Shown one piece after another: positions 39,651 to 50,885 of a stretch of 52,971 nucleotides of DNA (positions are counted from its first letter, which is position 1; each line of letters starts with the position of its first letter). The notes below the pieces were generated by a model. The model was not told the DNA's origin. It did no database searches and saw nothing but the letters and a program-made list of their open reading frames with translations. Location of the stretch: assembly GCA_050298595.1 (NCBI GenBank), contig JBNKUM010000021.1:1-52971 (forward strand), written 5' to 3'. Source of the stretch: Gammaproteobacteria bacterium (GTDB lineage Bacteria > Pseudomonadota > Gammaproteobacteria > GCA-001735895). A program made the translations under genes and the position numbers.

Positions 39651-40560
39651 GAATTACGGTGACAGTTAACTAAAGGCACTTATTTATTCGATTTGGTCTT
39701 TTACCTGGGTCCTCTCTTTTGAGGTTTTAGCGTTCTGCCGATCACTTTCTCAATCTTATCAATCCTATCTTCGCTGCCTAATGGACGACCCGTTGTTTCA
39801 GATTGACGAAGCGACTTGAATGCCGCTGAATCTTCTGAGGTTTCGCTGAGAAATTCTTTAAAGTCCCCATAACGTTCAAGTACAGGCCCGAATGGCACTT
39901 ACTTAAGGCTAACACGACGTCATTGCGAGGAGCTTGCGACGTGGCAATCTCTTTCGGCAGATGGTCTCAGCACTGTTTAGAGATCGCCGCGCTAACGTTC
40001 GCGAAGACAGTTTTCTGCTTAAGTAAGTGCCATTCAGTACAGGCCCTACTTTTACCTGTTTATCGTCTGTGCACGATAGGTGGGCGGCAACACTTGACCA
40101 TTTCCAGTCCTGTGCTTGCTGAACGAGCCTGGCGAACAGGATTGAGAGAAACATAACGCGCCGCATGCTCTAGATGCTTTTCATCCATCACAACTGAACC
40201 AAAACGCCCCTGTCACAAATGACCTGTCACCCTTATGCGTGTATTGATATAGCCTGTATAGCGACGATGTGCGTCAGCAAAGGTCTCGTGTAATCCGTCT
40301 GTATGGGAGGAACTGGCGATAAGATGAATATGGTCAGGCATCATACAGTAGCACCAGATTTCGGTTTCGGCTTTTTGTGCCGCTTCACTCAGAAGATCCA
40401 TGTACAGCGCATAATCTACTTCTTCAAAGAAGACTTTATTACGTCGGTTCCCTCGTTGGATTATGTGGTGAGGGTAGCCGGGGATAACAATCCTGGGTAA
40501 TCGCGCCATATGGCGCAGAATGAAATATTAAGAATATTTAGTAAACTGTCACCGTAATTC
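39651..40560 (-). mobile_element. HUH/Y1 tyrosine-transposase element with TIRs, copy 2 (pseudogene about 39701-40509)
   Basis: MARLPRIVIPGYPHHIIQRGNRR, MPDHIHL (HUH intact), nonsense at GHL*; ends GAATTACGGTGACAGTTAACTAAA / TTTAGTAAACTGTCACCGTAATTC. Confidence 0.88.
39890..40035. mobile_element. MITE (146 bp) with 18-bp TIR inside Y1 copy 2
   Basis: Same TIR; perfect 11-bp TSD AGTACAGGCCC at 39879-39889 and 40036-40046. Confidence 0.9.
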
Positions 40561-40767
40561 GGAATAGACTCGGGGTGGTTCCATCATGCCTGAATTTCGC
40601 TGAAACGTGATCTGCCATCAGGATTTACCTGGTTCAAGCGCTACATTTGAATGAGCAGGAATTGACGCCGCCTGGTGGATGCCTGTTGGTCATTGTGTGG
40701 TATAAAATAATAAGTATTGGGTCCTACATTTTTCCTGGATTTTTTTTGCATCTGATGCGTCCAGCAT

Positions 40768-43700
40768 TCATCCGCCTTTCTGCAATGCCCTCAGGATGGC
40801 CGGGTAGTTGAAATCGTCGGTCAGGAGGATCAGCTGTTTTTGCAGTACCGGATCGTACGTCGCAACCTGCTGGATGACCGTGTCGATCAGGCTTACGTCC
40901 AGACTTTCCAACGCCTCCTCGAGTTCACCAAGCAATCGCTCGGGCAGTCCGTTCAGCATCTCTGGAGTCAGGTCCAAATCCTGCTCTTCCGCCAAAAGCG
41001 TATCTTTGTAAAGATATATCAGACCCAGGTGTTTCGACAGGATGTCATAGATTTCGGTCGCACGAAAGGGCTTGCGCACATAATCGTCCATGCCGACGGA
41101 GAGCATTTCTTCACGTTGTTCGGCGAACGCCGATGCGGTCACCGCGACGATCTTTACCTCCTTGCCACCGGGTAGTTCACGGATTCGCCGAGTCGTTTCC
41201 ATTCCATCCATTCCCGGCATGCGTCGATCCATCCAGATAAAGTGTGGATGCCAGCTGCAGAACAGTTCTATTCCCTGCGCGCCATTCTCCGCTATTTTGA
41301 CTCGGAAGCCGACGGACACGAGCAACTGCTCAAGCAGCAATTGATTTTCAAGCTGATCTTCCACGATCAGGATCCTGTACTCAGGCTGCCCGGGGGCCAA
41401 TCGCGTCACATCTCTCATTTCGGTTTTCAATTGTTGGGTGATGTCGCTTCCCTTTGCTTCGATAAGCGGCAGATCGACCCTGAACAGCGAGCCTTTTCCG
41501 GGGGTGCTTTCCAGGTGGAGGCTTCCGCCCATCATCTGCACGAATTGGCGGGTTATGGCCAGCCCGAGACCGGTACCCTTGCTGTCACCCTGCTCGCTCA
41601 GTTGCACAAAGGGTTCGAAGATACGCTGCTGGTCTTCGGGCGCGATACCGGTGCCGGTATCCTCGACCTCGATCAGCAGGTGCGTGGCTTTGTTGTTCTT
41701 CGTGCTCAGGCGTAAGGTCACACCTCCCTGCCGGGTGTATTTAATGGCATTGCCAACCAGGTTGATCAATATCTGGCGCAGGCGGGCCTCGTCGCCGACG
41801 ATGTAACGCGGAAAGTGTGATGTCTGGTCGACCTGAAGTTGCAGCGCCTTCTCTTCGGCGCGCACGCGCATCATGTCTGTGATGTCGCGTATCATACCGC
41901 CCAGGTCAAATGCGTTGTTCTCAAGCTGTACGCGCCCCGCTTCGATCCTGGCGATATCGAGCACATCGTTGATGAGTGTCAGCAGGTAATCACCGCTGCG
42001 ATTGATGATATCGAGCTTTTGGCGTTGGTCTTGCGTGAGTTCCGGCTCTCGTCGCATCATGGCGGAAAAGCCGAGAATGGCGTTGAGGGGTGTACGCAGC
42101 TCATGGCTCATATTGGCAAGGAACTGGCTTTTTGCCTGGTTTGCAGCTTCGGCCTGCACTTTCGCTTGTTCCAGGATATCATTGGTTTCCGAGAGCGTTT
42201 CTTCGACCTTTTTCCGCTCGTCGATTTCGGCGGCAAGACTGCTTGTTCTTTCTGCTACAACCGATTCCATCTCTTCAGCACGCTGGCGATAAACCAGCGT
42301 GCGGACATGCACAATCGATGCAACGAGCAGAAACAAGGCAAGCAGATAAGCCGCATAAGCCCAGCGTGTTTCCCACCAGGCGGGTAGTACCGTTATCAAC
42401 AGCTCTCGGGGTTGTTCATTCCACAGTCCGTCATTATTGGCGGTTTTAATCCGCAGCCTGTATGAACCGGGATCCAGGTTGGTATATGCCAGCGAGCGGC
42501 TTGCATCCGCCTGGCGCCAGTCCTGATCAAACCCGTCCAGCAAGTAGGCATAACGATTGTTTTGCACATTACTGGTGTTGAGCGAGGAAAACCGTAGCCA
42601 GAAGCTTGAGTGCTTATGAGTCAAGGTCAGTTCCCGCGCATAGGCGATATCCGTATGAAGCGGCGCATTCGGGCCTATCGCTATATTCCCGCCGCCATTG
42701 ATACGCAAGTCGGTCAACAAAACTTCGGGGCGAAGCGGGTTGTCTTGTACCTGTTGCGGGAAAAAGCTGTTGTAACCGTGTTTACCGCCAAAGAACATCT
42801 CCCCCTGTGGGCTGAGATAAGCGGTATTTCGAAGAAATGCCTTGCCCTGCAGGTTATCGTAGCGATTATAGGTGCGGAACTTACCCGATTCTGGGGCAAA
42901 TCTGGTTAAGCCGTTGTTACCGCTTAACCAAAGGTTTCCCTCAGCATCATCGAGAATGTCCATGATCAGGTCGCGTGCCGTGACTTGCTTGTCATCAACC
43001 GTGACAAAATTCCCGGTAGTGGCTTCGTAATAGCTCAGCCTGTCGGTACCGATCCACATCCTACCCGTGCGATCCTCGCGAAGGGAGAGGATATTGTTAC
43101 TGATCAGCCCGTTGCGCCCTGGCTCAAAGTTGTGGATGTTACCGTTGCGGGGATCGATTCGGCTCAACAGACCATCGCCCCCGATCCAGATAGTGCCGTC
43201 TGACGCCACCTCAACGGTGGTTGCCAGGTCGCTGCCCAGCCCGTTGATATCACCATCACTTGTACGGTAGCGGGTTATCTTGCCTGTTTCGGGAACGAAA
43301 TGATCCACGCCGAAACCGTAGGCTGCCCCCCACAAACCGCCTTCTGAATCCATTGCCAGGTCCTGTAAGGTTCCATCGAGCATGCCGATGTTTTCCACTG
43401 ACTGGTATTTCGGACGCTTGAATTCACCGCTGGCGGGATCGAAATGATCCAGTCCCCGCTTGGTGGCGAGCCACAAGCCGCCGCCTCCATCCGGCACGAT
43501 ATTGAAGACAATATCGCGATCTATCGCATCCGCGTCGTGCTCATCGTGGCGAAAATGGCGATAACGCTTACGGGCCGGGTCGAGTCGATTGATACCGGAA
43601 CCCTGGGTGGCGACCCAGAGATGCCCTGAGTCATCCATGTAGAATGCGCTAATGTTCGGCCCACTCAGGCTTATGGGATTGCCTGCCTGGTACAAATGTT

Positions 43701-44802
43701 TTGCAAAACGGTGTTCGATCGGATCGTACTTGCTGATGTTGTTTTCGCAGGCTACCCAGATTATCCCGTTACGATCTTCCAGCACCTGCCAGACGGTATT
43801 GTCCGCCAGTGAAGTAGGATCGGTTGGATCGTGCGTATAGCTTTGGAACAGCCCGGTTTTCCGATCAAGCAACGCCAATCCTCCCCCCCAGGTCATAACC
43901 CACAGCCGCCCCCGGCTGTCTTCATACAGTCGCGTTACCGTATCGGAAGGCAGGCTTGCGCTGTTACCCGGCTGGTTTTTGTAGTGTTTGAATCCATCCA
44001 GGGCGGGATCATAGCGATCAAGGCCTGCTTCAGTGGCAAGCCATATTGCGCCTTGTCGGTCGATCAACAGCCCCCAGAGGTTGTTGTGGCTCAGACTGTA
44101 AGGCATATCGGCATCGTGCCGATACTGTTTGAAGCTGTTGTTTGCCTTGTCGAAGACTGTAATGCCACCGCCGTAACTTGCTAGCCACAGCCGTCCCTCG
44201 GCATCCTCCTGGATGCCGGAGATGTTGTCAGCACTCAGGTTGCTGGGATTTTCTGGATCCGGGATATAGCGGGTGAAACTGCCATCCGGGTTGAGGCGAT
44301 CCAGGCCCGACTCGGTACCCGCCCAGATGACGCCATCGCTATCCTGGAACAGGTCCCAGACGTTGTTGTGGCTCAGACTGTTGGGATCATCCTTGTCGTG
44401 CCGATAGTGGATATAACGTTCATGCTCTAGATCGATACGGGTCAGACCACCACCCCAGGTGACCGTCCATAACATGCCGTCACGATCCAACAGCAGGTCC
44501 CAGACCCAGTTGTCGCCAATGCTGTTGCTGTCGTTCGGGTCATGAAAATAGGTTTTGATTTCGCTGCCATCAAAGCGGTTCAGCCCAAAACGGGTACCGA
44601 ACCAGATAAAGCCTGCCGCATCCTGCACGGTCGAATAAACTTGAGGGCTGGAGATACCATCTTCCACAGTCAGCTGAGAAAAGAGAAGTTGTTCTGCTTG
44701 TGGTGCCTGGAGGTTGCTCTGCGCGAACCCTTTAATCGATATTAAGCACAGCAACAAGCCGAATAACAATGCACCTATTGCGTGTAAATGACGGATAGCC
44801 AC
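40768..44802 (-). CDS. Hybrid histidine kinase with periplasmic beta-propeller (Reg_prop) repeats, Y_Y_Y, HisKA, HATPase and REC
   Basis: Repeated HD..DPNSLS.N.VW...D..G.LW; [11 protein letters not shown]; [14 protein letters not shown]; GTGLGL; [11 protein letters not shown]. Confidence 0.92.
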   Translation of the reverse strand: MAIRHLHAIGALLFGLLLCLISIKGFAQSNLQAPQAEQLLFSQLTVEDGISSPQVYSTVQDAAGFIWFGTRFGLNRFDGSEIKTYFHDPNDSNSIGDNWVWDLLLDRDGMLWTVTWGGGLTRIDLEHERYIHYRHDKDDPNSLSHNNVWDLFQDSDGVIWAGTESGLDRLNPDGSFTRYIPDPENPSNLSADNISGIQEDAEGRLWLASYGGGITVFDKANNSFKQYRHDADMPYSLSHNNLWGLLIDRQGAIWLATEAGLDRYDPALDGFKHYKNQPGNSASLPSDTVTRLYEDSRGRLWVMTWGGGLALLDRKTGLFQSYTHDPTDPTSLADNTVWQVLEDRNGIIWVACENNISKYDPIEHRFAKHLYQAGNPISLSGPNISAFYMDDSGHLWVATQGSGINRLDPARKRYRHFRHDEHDADAIDRDIVFNIVPDGGGGLWLATKRGLDHFDPASGEFKRPKYQSVENIGMLDGTLQDLAMDSEGGLWGAAYGFGVDHFVPETGKITRYRTSDGDINGLGSDLATTVEVASDGTIWIGGDGLLSRIDPRNGNIHNFEPGRNGLISNNILSLREDRTGRMWIGTDRLSYYEATTGNFVTVDDKQVTARDLIMDILDDAEGNLWLSGNNGLTRFAPESGKFRTYNRYDNLQGKAFLRNTAYLSPQGEMFFGGKHGYNSFFPQQVQDNPLRPEVLLTDLRINGGGNIAIGPNAPLHTDIAYARELTLTHKHSSFWLRFSSLNTSNVQNNRYAYLLDGFDQDWRQADASRSLAYTNLDPGSYRLRIKTANNDGLWNEQPRELLITVLPAWWETRWAYAAYLLALFLLVASIVHVRTLVYRQRAEEMESVVAERTSSLAAEIDERKKVEETLSETNDILEQAKVQAEAANQAKSQFLANMSHELRTPLNAILGFSAMMRREPELTQDQRQKLDIINRSGDYLLTLINDVLDIARIEAGRVQLENNAFDLGGMIRDITDMMRVRAEEKALQLQVDQTSHFPRYIVGDEARLRQILINLVGNAIKYTRQGGVTLRLSTKNNKATHLLIEVEDTGTGIAPEDQQRIFEPFVQLSEQGDSKGTGLGLAITRQFVQMMGGSLHLESTPGKGSLFRVDLPLIEAKGSDITQQLKTEMRDVTRLAPGQPEYRILIVEDQLENQLLLEQLLVSVGFRVKIAENGAQGIELFCSWHPHFIWMDRRMPGMDGMETTRRIRELPGGKEVKIVAVTASAFAEQREEMLSVGMDDYVRKPFRATEIYDILSKHLGLIYLYKDTLLAEEQDLDLTPEMLNGLPERLLGELEEALESLDVSLIDTVIQQVATYDPVLQKQLILLTDDFNYPAILRALQKGG

Positions 44803-44808
44803 CGTTAT

Positions 44809-45456
44809 TTACCAGGCAAAATTCAGGCTGACACCAGCGGCGACGGCACGGCCTCCGCTGGCACCTGTATCAAACACCTCTGAACATGCGAGCTCAGCAG
44901 TAATAGCTGAGGTTTCCTCTTCTGCATAAAATGCCACAAAAAATTTTACGGTATCTGAGTGGTGATAATCCCAACCAGGCGTATAGCTGACTCCTCCATA
45001 ATTGTCGGTATCCGCCAGCATTGCCCTGGATGTCTGCTTGCCATAGTCGTAAGAAACAAAGGCAGCGGTGGAACGATCACCATCGCCGCCATAGCCTCCT
45101 GAATTCTCCGTGTCGAAAACCTCTGTTTTGATACCAATGAAAGGTGTCGTCCAATAGATTTCATATTGTGGGGCGTCGGCATCATGATCCCAGGTATCCT
45201 GAAACTCCAGATTTGCCAGATCTACAGGCGTAAATAAATGAAAACTTACCTTTTGATTATCAGAAAGTTCATGCTCGAAATTGATGCCGATTTGCGAGTA
45301 GGCATCCCGCAAGCCGGTATATTTTTTTACTTGCGCTGTTGCTTTGTCAGGTTCAACGTATTCAGCGTGAATGTTTAAGTTGGCACAGGCTGAAACATCA
45401 AGCGCCTGTACGCTCTTAATTGCAGTCGGAGCAATACACAGCGCGTCGAGGTTAAT
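44809..45456 (-). pseudogene. Probable decayed, internally deleted porin
   Basis: Porin-like ANLNIHAEYV...TGLRDAYSQIGINFEHEL and C-terminal AAGVSLNF; no valid start (ATT at 45456); short for a porin. Confidence 0.5.
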
Positions 45457-46165
45457 TGCCTTCCATCGCAATGGCAGGATAATCTGATGCATCGGATTAT
45501 GAGCAATATCTTGAGATGCCATGGTGCAACGGTCTCCTATATCTGCCATAGATACCCCAAAAGAAACATGGGGATACTCTTTATCCAGCCCTGTTGAATA
45601 GGATAAACACACTGCTCGGCTTACCTGCATCATCGGGTTCGTGATCGGGTTCGTGTGTAGACGCGGTTGGGCTCGCCAGATCGGCGCAACTTCAGCTTTC
45701 GTCTCTCGGTGACTAATCCTATCCGGATCCGCACCAGTCACCCTTCTAGTTCAAGGCGCTGGATGCTGTTCCACCAGGGGAGATGACGTCCGACCTCTTT
45801 CCCTTTCTGCCCCAGAAAATACTCAGTTGCCCTGAGCTGTTTACGTGGTTGGACAATGCTGTAAGTACAACTAGAGAATAGTCTTATCATCCCTGCATTT
45901 CAAGGCAGTAAATCGGATTCCGAATACGCTCGAAATATACGTCAACGCGCCTTGTCGCCAGGGCGCATTCCGGATGCGCAACGCCTCCGTTTTTAGGCGC
46001 AAGATAGAAGGCATGAATGGCTGACCAACTCCTGGTAGTTTGTGTCAATCAATGTCTGGCACATGGGCAGCAATCCTGCGCTGGTAGCGGTAGTTACGAT
46101 AGAAAAGTTCGTGGGCAGTTTCAGTCGGAAATCCAGAGGGGTGAATAGATTGAGGCCAGAGTGGG

Positions 46166-46264
46166 CTATATCAGGCGTATCCTGCCTTGATGTACAAGGG
46201 TGTTGCGTTTATTCTTCTTACAGTTAATCTCGAGCGAGATGAGTTGGTTCCTGGGGCGTGTCAT
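46166..46264 (-). pseudogene. Fragment resembling the N-terminus of another Y1/RAYT-like transposase family
   Basis: GGAGGA RBS then MTRPRNQLISLE, followed by rapid loss of similarity. Confidence 0.4.
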
Positions 46265-46641
46265 GGTATGTTCCTCCCATTAAAGTTTAATGGCACTGAG
46301 ACTGAATTTAGGTCAACAGTTTGATTTGTCAAAAATCATGGAAGGTCTTAATTCTTGTTCCCGTTAGTTAAAGAGTTTTGACCCCTTTACTCGTACCTCG
46401 TTACTTTAGCCGCAAATGCGTGGATTGCTAGACCTGACCTCGCAGTTCGCTTCGGTAATGTTAGCTGCAATTAGATTTCTTCCCAAAAGTCTTTATGTTG
46501 ATCTTCTGGCTGCCGGGGTATTAGTTATTGAAATTTTCGTGTCGGAGGCGAGCAAATCAACACGATGAATACACACGATAATTGGTGTCGATTCACTTGC
46601 CTAACTGGTAAAGTGGTGGATGCAGGAGTAAAGGAGGAACA

Positions 46642-47709
46642 GTGAAAAACAGAAATGTTTGGATTCGCATCGGGATATTTGTTGCTGGCCTGACAATCCT
46701 GGGCGCAATCATTTACCAGGCCGTTCACATAGAAAAACCGACAGAATCCCAGGTGGCTGAGTCTGAAAAAATTACTGTCGAGAATTCTAATCATTGGATT
46801 GCACTGGTGATTGAGTTCACCAACGCCGAACATTCGAAGCAGTATCTGGAGGGTGCCCGCGAGGAAGCAAAAAGGCTGGGAGTGCGCCTTGAGATCCTGG
46901 ATGCAAAAAGTAACAGAAAAATGATGGCGCATATGATCGACGATGCAATATTGCGTGACGCCGATGGGGTCATGATCTCACACGGATCGCCCGAAGCGCT
47001 AACTGCAAGCGTCAAACGCAGCATTAACCGGGGCATCCCTGTCGTAGCTTTTGACTGTGAGATCCCGCTTTCCGAAGTCACAAAGATTGACCAGGATGAC
47101 AAGCAGATCGCAGAAATGAGCCTGAGGCGGATCCTGACAAATACGGGTGGCAAGGCTAATCTGGTTTTGATATGGGTGGGGGGGTATGCGCCAATGGATA
47201 AAAGGATGAAGGTTTATCGCAGCTTCATATCTGAACACCCCGGGTTGAAAGAGGTGGTCCGATTCGGGGAAGCTACCGCCGATACCGCCATGTACACGCA
47301 AATCAACATGAAGTCGGTTTTGGACTTTCATCCCGTCGGCACTATCGACGTGGTTTGGGCAACCTGGGACGAATTTGCCAAAGGAGCGGCTCAGGCCATA
47401 AAGGATGCGGGGAGAACAGAAATCAAGCTTTACGGTATAGACGTCTCCAACGAAGACTTAAAATATTTGCAAGACCCGAATAGTCCCTGGGTAGAGACGG
47501 TTGCTGTTGATCCTAGAAGTATCGCAAAGGTCCAACTACGGTTGCTCGTCCGCGCAATAAAGGGGGAGAAGATTCCAGAGCGTTACTCCCTGACGCCGCG
47601 GCTCGTCACTAAATCCATGCTACCAAAAGATGTTCAAGTGACGATGGATAATCTGCATAAGTACGTTCCAGACTGGGGAAAAACAGAAGAGTTCGAGGTC
47701 AATCAGTGA
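46642..47709 (+). CDS. Periplasmic sugar-binding protein (RbsB/LacI-type fold), membrane-anchored
   Basis: GAREEAKRLG, RGIPVVAFD, WATWDEFAKGA, KLYGIDVS; AGGAGG RBS. Confidence 0.88.
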   Translation: MKNRNVWIRIGIFVAGLTILGAIIYQAVHIEKPTESQVAESEKITVENSNHWIALVIEFTNAEHSKQYLEGAREEAKRLGVRLEILDAKSNRKMMAHMIDDAILRDADGVMISHGSPEALTASVKRSINRGIPVVAFDCEIPLSEVTKIDQDDKQIAEMSLRRILTNTGGKANLVLIWVGGYAPMDKRMKVYRSFISEHPGLKEVVRFGEATADTAMYTQINMKSVLDFHPVGTIDVVWATWDEFAKGAAQAIKDAGRTEIKLYGIDVSNEDLKYLQDPNSPWVETVAVDPRSIAKVQLRLLVRAIKGEKIPERYSLTPRLVTKSMLPKDVQVTMDNLHKYVPDWGKTEEFEVNQ

Positions 47710-47743
47710 AAACGCTGTATATCTGCTTGTAAAGTGAAATGCG

Positions 47744-50398
47744 ATGATTTTCGATATATTCAAGTCATCTATCAGCTGGCGGCTCTATGCGGTTTTTTTA
47801 ACAATTGTCTTATTGATGAGCGCATTGGGTGGTTACGCCTATTACTATAAAACCAGAGACGCGAAAGTTTATGACAGGATTATTTCGAACCTGAGCAATA
47901 TCAACAAGACGCCACGGCAGGTTACAGAGGTGGTAAATGAGGTATTGCTTTACCAGAGACGTCCGGAAAAGGAGCGCAAAAACAATATACAGAGATCAAT
48001 CAGTACTCTCATCAATAATTCTAGAGTGCTACTACGGCAGACGGACAGCGCTCACGAAAATAGCATCCATATTGCAATGGGTATCAAAAAAATCCTCAGT
48101 AATCTTGGAAGCATCTCCAATGAGACTTTAAAGCAGATCGATGCCAACGACTTTTCAACCAGGCTTATCGAGAACATTGATGAGCTGAACATTGTCGTTG
48201 ATGTCTACAAGACGAACGTAGAACGGTATGTTTCAAGCGAGTTGTTATATGCCGCTAAGCTGCGCCAGGAGATCGCCCGAGTGAACAGGACGCTCGGTTT
48301 TCTCCTGATTATTTTTATCTCTCTTGGTGTGTTGTTTCTGTTTCTGTTGTTCATCCTGGTGCGCAGAAGAATCATAGACCCCATTCGGATTTTGGAGAAG
48401 TCCGTCAAAGGATTTCAGGAAAACGTCGCCATTCCAAGGATACATGTAACTACCCATGATGAAATCGGGAGTTTGTCCAATGCTTTCAATGCCATGGCGG
48501 ACAAGCTTAAAACATCTATGGAAGAGTTGCGTGAAAGCGAAGAAAAATTCCGTCGATTAATCGAAGGACTCTCTGCCAGATACTTTTTCTATTCCCATGG
48601 TACGGACGGTATTTTTACGTATCTGAGTCCTTCTGTCGAAAAAGTGCTGGGGTACTCGCAAAAGGAATTCGAGACCCATTTTTCCACGTATCTTACTGAT
48701 AGCCCCTTGAATAATGCCGTGGCTTTCTATACACAAAACAGTATACAGGGGATACAGCAGCCACCCTATGAACTGGAGATATGGCACAAGGATGGCAGGG
48801 TGCGACTGCTTGAGGTTGTGGAGTCTCCCGTGTTTAGCCCCCAAGGGGAGGTTATAGCGGTTGAAGGTCTTGCACACGATATTACCGAACGAAAACAGGC
48901 TGAGATGGAACTGGAAAAACACCGTGACCACCTGGAAGGACTGGTCAAGGAGCGGACCATCGAAATTGAAGCCAAAGCCGGTGAACTGGCCATAGCCAAA
49001 GAAAAGGCAGAAGCAGCCAACATGGCAAAAAGTATCTTTCTGGCGAATATGAGCCATGAATTGCGCACACCACTGAACGCCATTCTCGGCTTTTCCGAGT
49101 TAATGGCCAAGGATTCCGAGTTAAGCAGAGAACAGCGCAAAATTTTGGGAATCATAAACCGTAGTGGCAAGCACCTATTGGAACTGATCAACGACGTACT
49201 GGAGATCGCCAAAATTGAATCGGGAAGGATGGAACTGGAGATCGCTCTTTTTGATTTGGAAGGAATGGTCAGGGATGTGGTTGACTTGATGCACATACGC
49301 GCGCAGCAAAAAGGATTGACGCTGGCCTTTGAGCGGCTGTCTGTATTTCCCCGCTACATTAAAGGGCATCAGGTTCGGATACGCCAGATTCTGGTCAATT
49401 TGATAGGCAATGCTCTGAAGTTTACCGAAAAGGGAAGAGTGGCTGTTCGCCTGGGGATAAACGAGAACCTTCAAAATCATCTGCGGATCGAAGTGGAGGA
49501 TACCGGTTCGGGAATTACCCTGGAGGAGCAGGAAAACGTTTTTGAACCGTTCGTCCAGTTGGTGGAGGGGCGGGACAAAGGGGGCACTGGTCTTGGTTTA
49601 AGCATTGTCCACCGATATGTAGAACTGATGGGTGGCGATATCAGCGTACGGAGTACACTCGGGAAAGGGTCGCTGTTTAAGGTCGATCTGCCATTTGAGT
49701 TGGCGGATGCGTCCGAAATAGAGAAACTGAGGGGGGCGGAACAGGAAGTCATCGGAATACATCCCGATCAACCTTCCTATCGCATGTTAATTGCCGAGGA
49801 CCAGGAGGATAACCGGCAGCTTCTCTCGCACATATTGGAAAAGCAAGGCTTTCAAGTGAAAACCGTCGAGAATGGAGAAGCTTGCATTCAACTTTTTAAG
49901 AAGTGGCATCCCGATCTAATCTGGATGGATTGGTATATGCCGATCATGGATGGCGTGGAGGCGACCCGCCGCATACGGGCGCTTCCCGGGGGGAAAGAGG
50001 TGAAGGTCGTTGCCGTTACGGCATCAGCCTTTTTGGAGCAGGAGAGGGAAGTCAGAGGGATGGGGATGGACGATTTCATTCGAAAACCCTACCGCTCCAG
50101 TGAAATATACGCCTGTCTCTCCCGCCAGTTAGGATTCGCATTTATCCACGAAACCATCGAAGCGAAAGAAGAATCGGCTGGATCGGTGGCACCGGAAATG
50201 CTAGCGGTATTACCGAAACTGCTTCGCACCAAACTGAAAGAGGCGCTGATAAGCCTGGACAGCGCGTTGATCGCCGAAGCGCTCAGTCAGGCGGAGGCGG
50301 TGGATTTGGCTTTGGTGGAGGAGTTAAATCGGCATGTGATGGTTTATGACTATCCGGCCATTTTGACCGCTCTGGAAAAGCTGGAAACTTCCCAATGA
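47744..50398 (+). CDS. Hybrid histidine kinase (2 TM, HAMP, PAS, HisKA, HATPase, REC)
   Basis: [57 protein letters not shown]. Confidence 0.93.
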   Translation: MIFDIFKSSISWRLYAVFLTIVLLMSALGGYAYYYKTRDAKVYDRIISNLSNINKTPRQVTEVVNEVLLYQRRPEKERKNNIQRSISTLINNSRVLLRQTDSAHENSIHIAMGIKKILSNLGSISNETLKQIDANDFSTRLIENIDELNIVVDVYKTNVERYVSSELLYAAKLRQEIARVNRTLGFLLIIFISLGVLFLFLLFILVRRRIIDPIRILEKSVKGFQENVAIPRIHVTTHDEIGSLSNAFNAMADKLKTSMEELRESEEKFRRLIEGLSARYFFYSHGTDGIFTYLSPSVEKVLGYSQKEFETHFSTYLTDSPLNNAVAFYTQNSIQGIQQPPYELEIWHKDGRVRLLEVVESPVFSPQGEVIAVEGLAHDITERKQAEMELEKHRDHLEGLVKERTIEIEAKAGELAIAKEKAEAANMAKSIFLANMSHELRTPLNAILGFSELMAKDSELSREQRKILGIINRSGKHLLELINDVLEIAKIESGRMELEIALFDLEGMVRDVVDLMHIRAQQKGLTLAFERLSVFPRYIKGHQVRIRQILVNLIGNALKFTEKGRVAVRLGINENLQNHLRIEVEDTGSGITLEEQENVFEPFVQLVEGRDKGGTGLGLSIVHRYVELMGGDISVRSTLGKGSLFKVDLPFELADASEIEKLRGAEQEVIGIHPDQPSYRMLIAEDQEDNRQLLSHILEKQGFQVKTVENGEACIQLFKKWHPDLIWMDWYMPIMDGVEATRRIRALPGGKEVKVVAVTASAFLEQEREVRGMGMDDFIRKPYRSSEIYACLSRQLGFAFIHETIEAKEESAGSVAPEMLAVLPKLLRTKLKEALISLDSALIAEALSQAEAVDLALVEELNRHVMVYDYPAILTALEKLETSQ

Positions 50399-50461
50399 GA
50401 TGACCAAGGTTGACGCATGCGTGAGTCATGCGTTTGAGGAGTGCTGCCCCGCGTGAGAGTC

Positions 50462-50526
50462 GGGGCCAGGCCATGCTTTTAGCCTTTGATGAGATCCAGT
50501 AATGCTAAAAGCAAGACATTGACACC
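50462..50526. repeat. Degenerate miniature inverted-repeat element with GGGG-x-CAG type ends
   Basis: GGGGCCAGGCCATGCTTTTAGC ... GCTAAAAGCAAGACATTGACACC. Confidence 0.55.
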
Positions 50527-50728
50527 AATATTCTTACTGAAGTTACCTGGATGAGTGAAATAGGTGTGATTGACTGTCTTGTCAAAGAAGCGGTCGTTCA
50601 GTTACACGAAATCAGGTCACGGTGAACGATCCCTATCGACCCGAAACGGCCATTTAGGAAACAGAACAGTGGGCCACATTACTTATAAAATCTTGATCAA
50701 AAATCAAAGGCCTAATCCGCAGCTGGGT

Positions 50729-50805
50729 TGTCCTTGCGAGCGTTAGCGCGGCAGGAGTGCTACAGGGAGGTAGCGTTTACGAAACCAAGGGATGTAATCT
50801 CTTTC
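50729..50805. repeat. Half of the palindrome carried in the MITE, interrupted by a roughly 43-bp hairpin insert
   Basis: TGTCCTTGCGAGCGTTAGCGCGGCA[insert]ATCTCTTTC versus TGTCTTCGCGAGCGTTAGCGCGGCGATCTCT at 35738. Confidence 0.65.
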
Positions 50806-50885
50806 AAATCTACCACCTGACCGGATTATGGTTTCACACGCCTTAGCTTTCCTTGCTCCGTAGTGTCTTTCTAAAAGGCGTGCGA

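Noticed and set aside
45457-45741. N-terminal third of the 310-aa ORF 44809-45741
   Set aside because: No protein-like features; porin-like similarity begins only near 45456
416-50474. Numerous antisense or alternate-frame ORFs in the track overlapping the annotated genes
   Set aside because: Shadow ORFs of well-supported genes with no motifs or RBS
50623-50655. GACCCGAAACGGCCATT, resembling a widespread proteobacterial palindromic repeat
   Set aside because: Left arm too degenerate to support a call by eye
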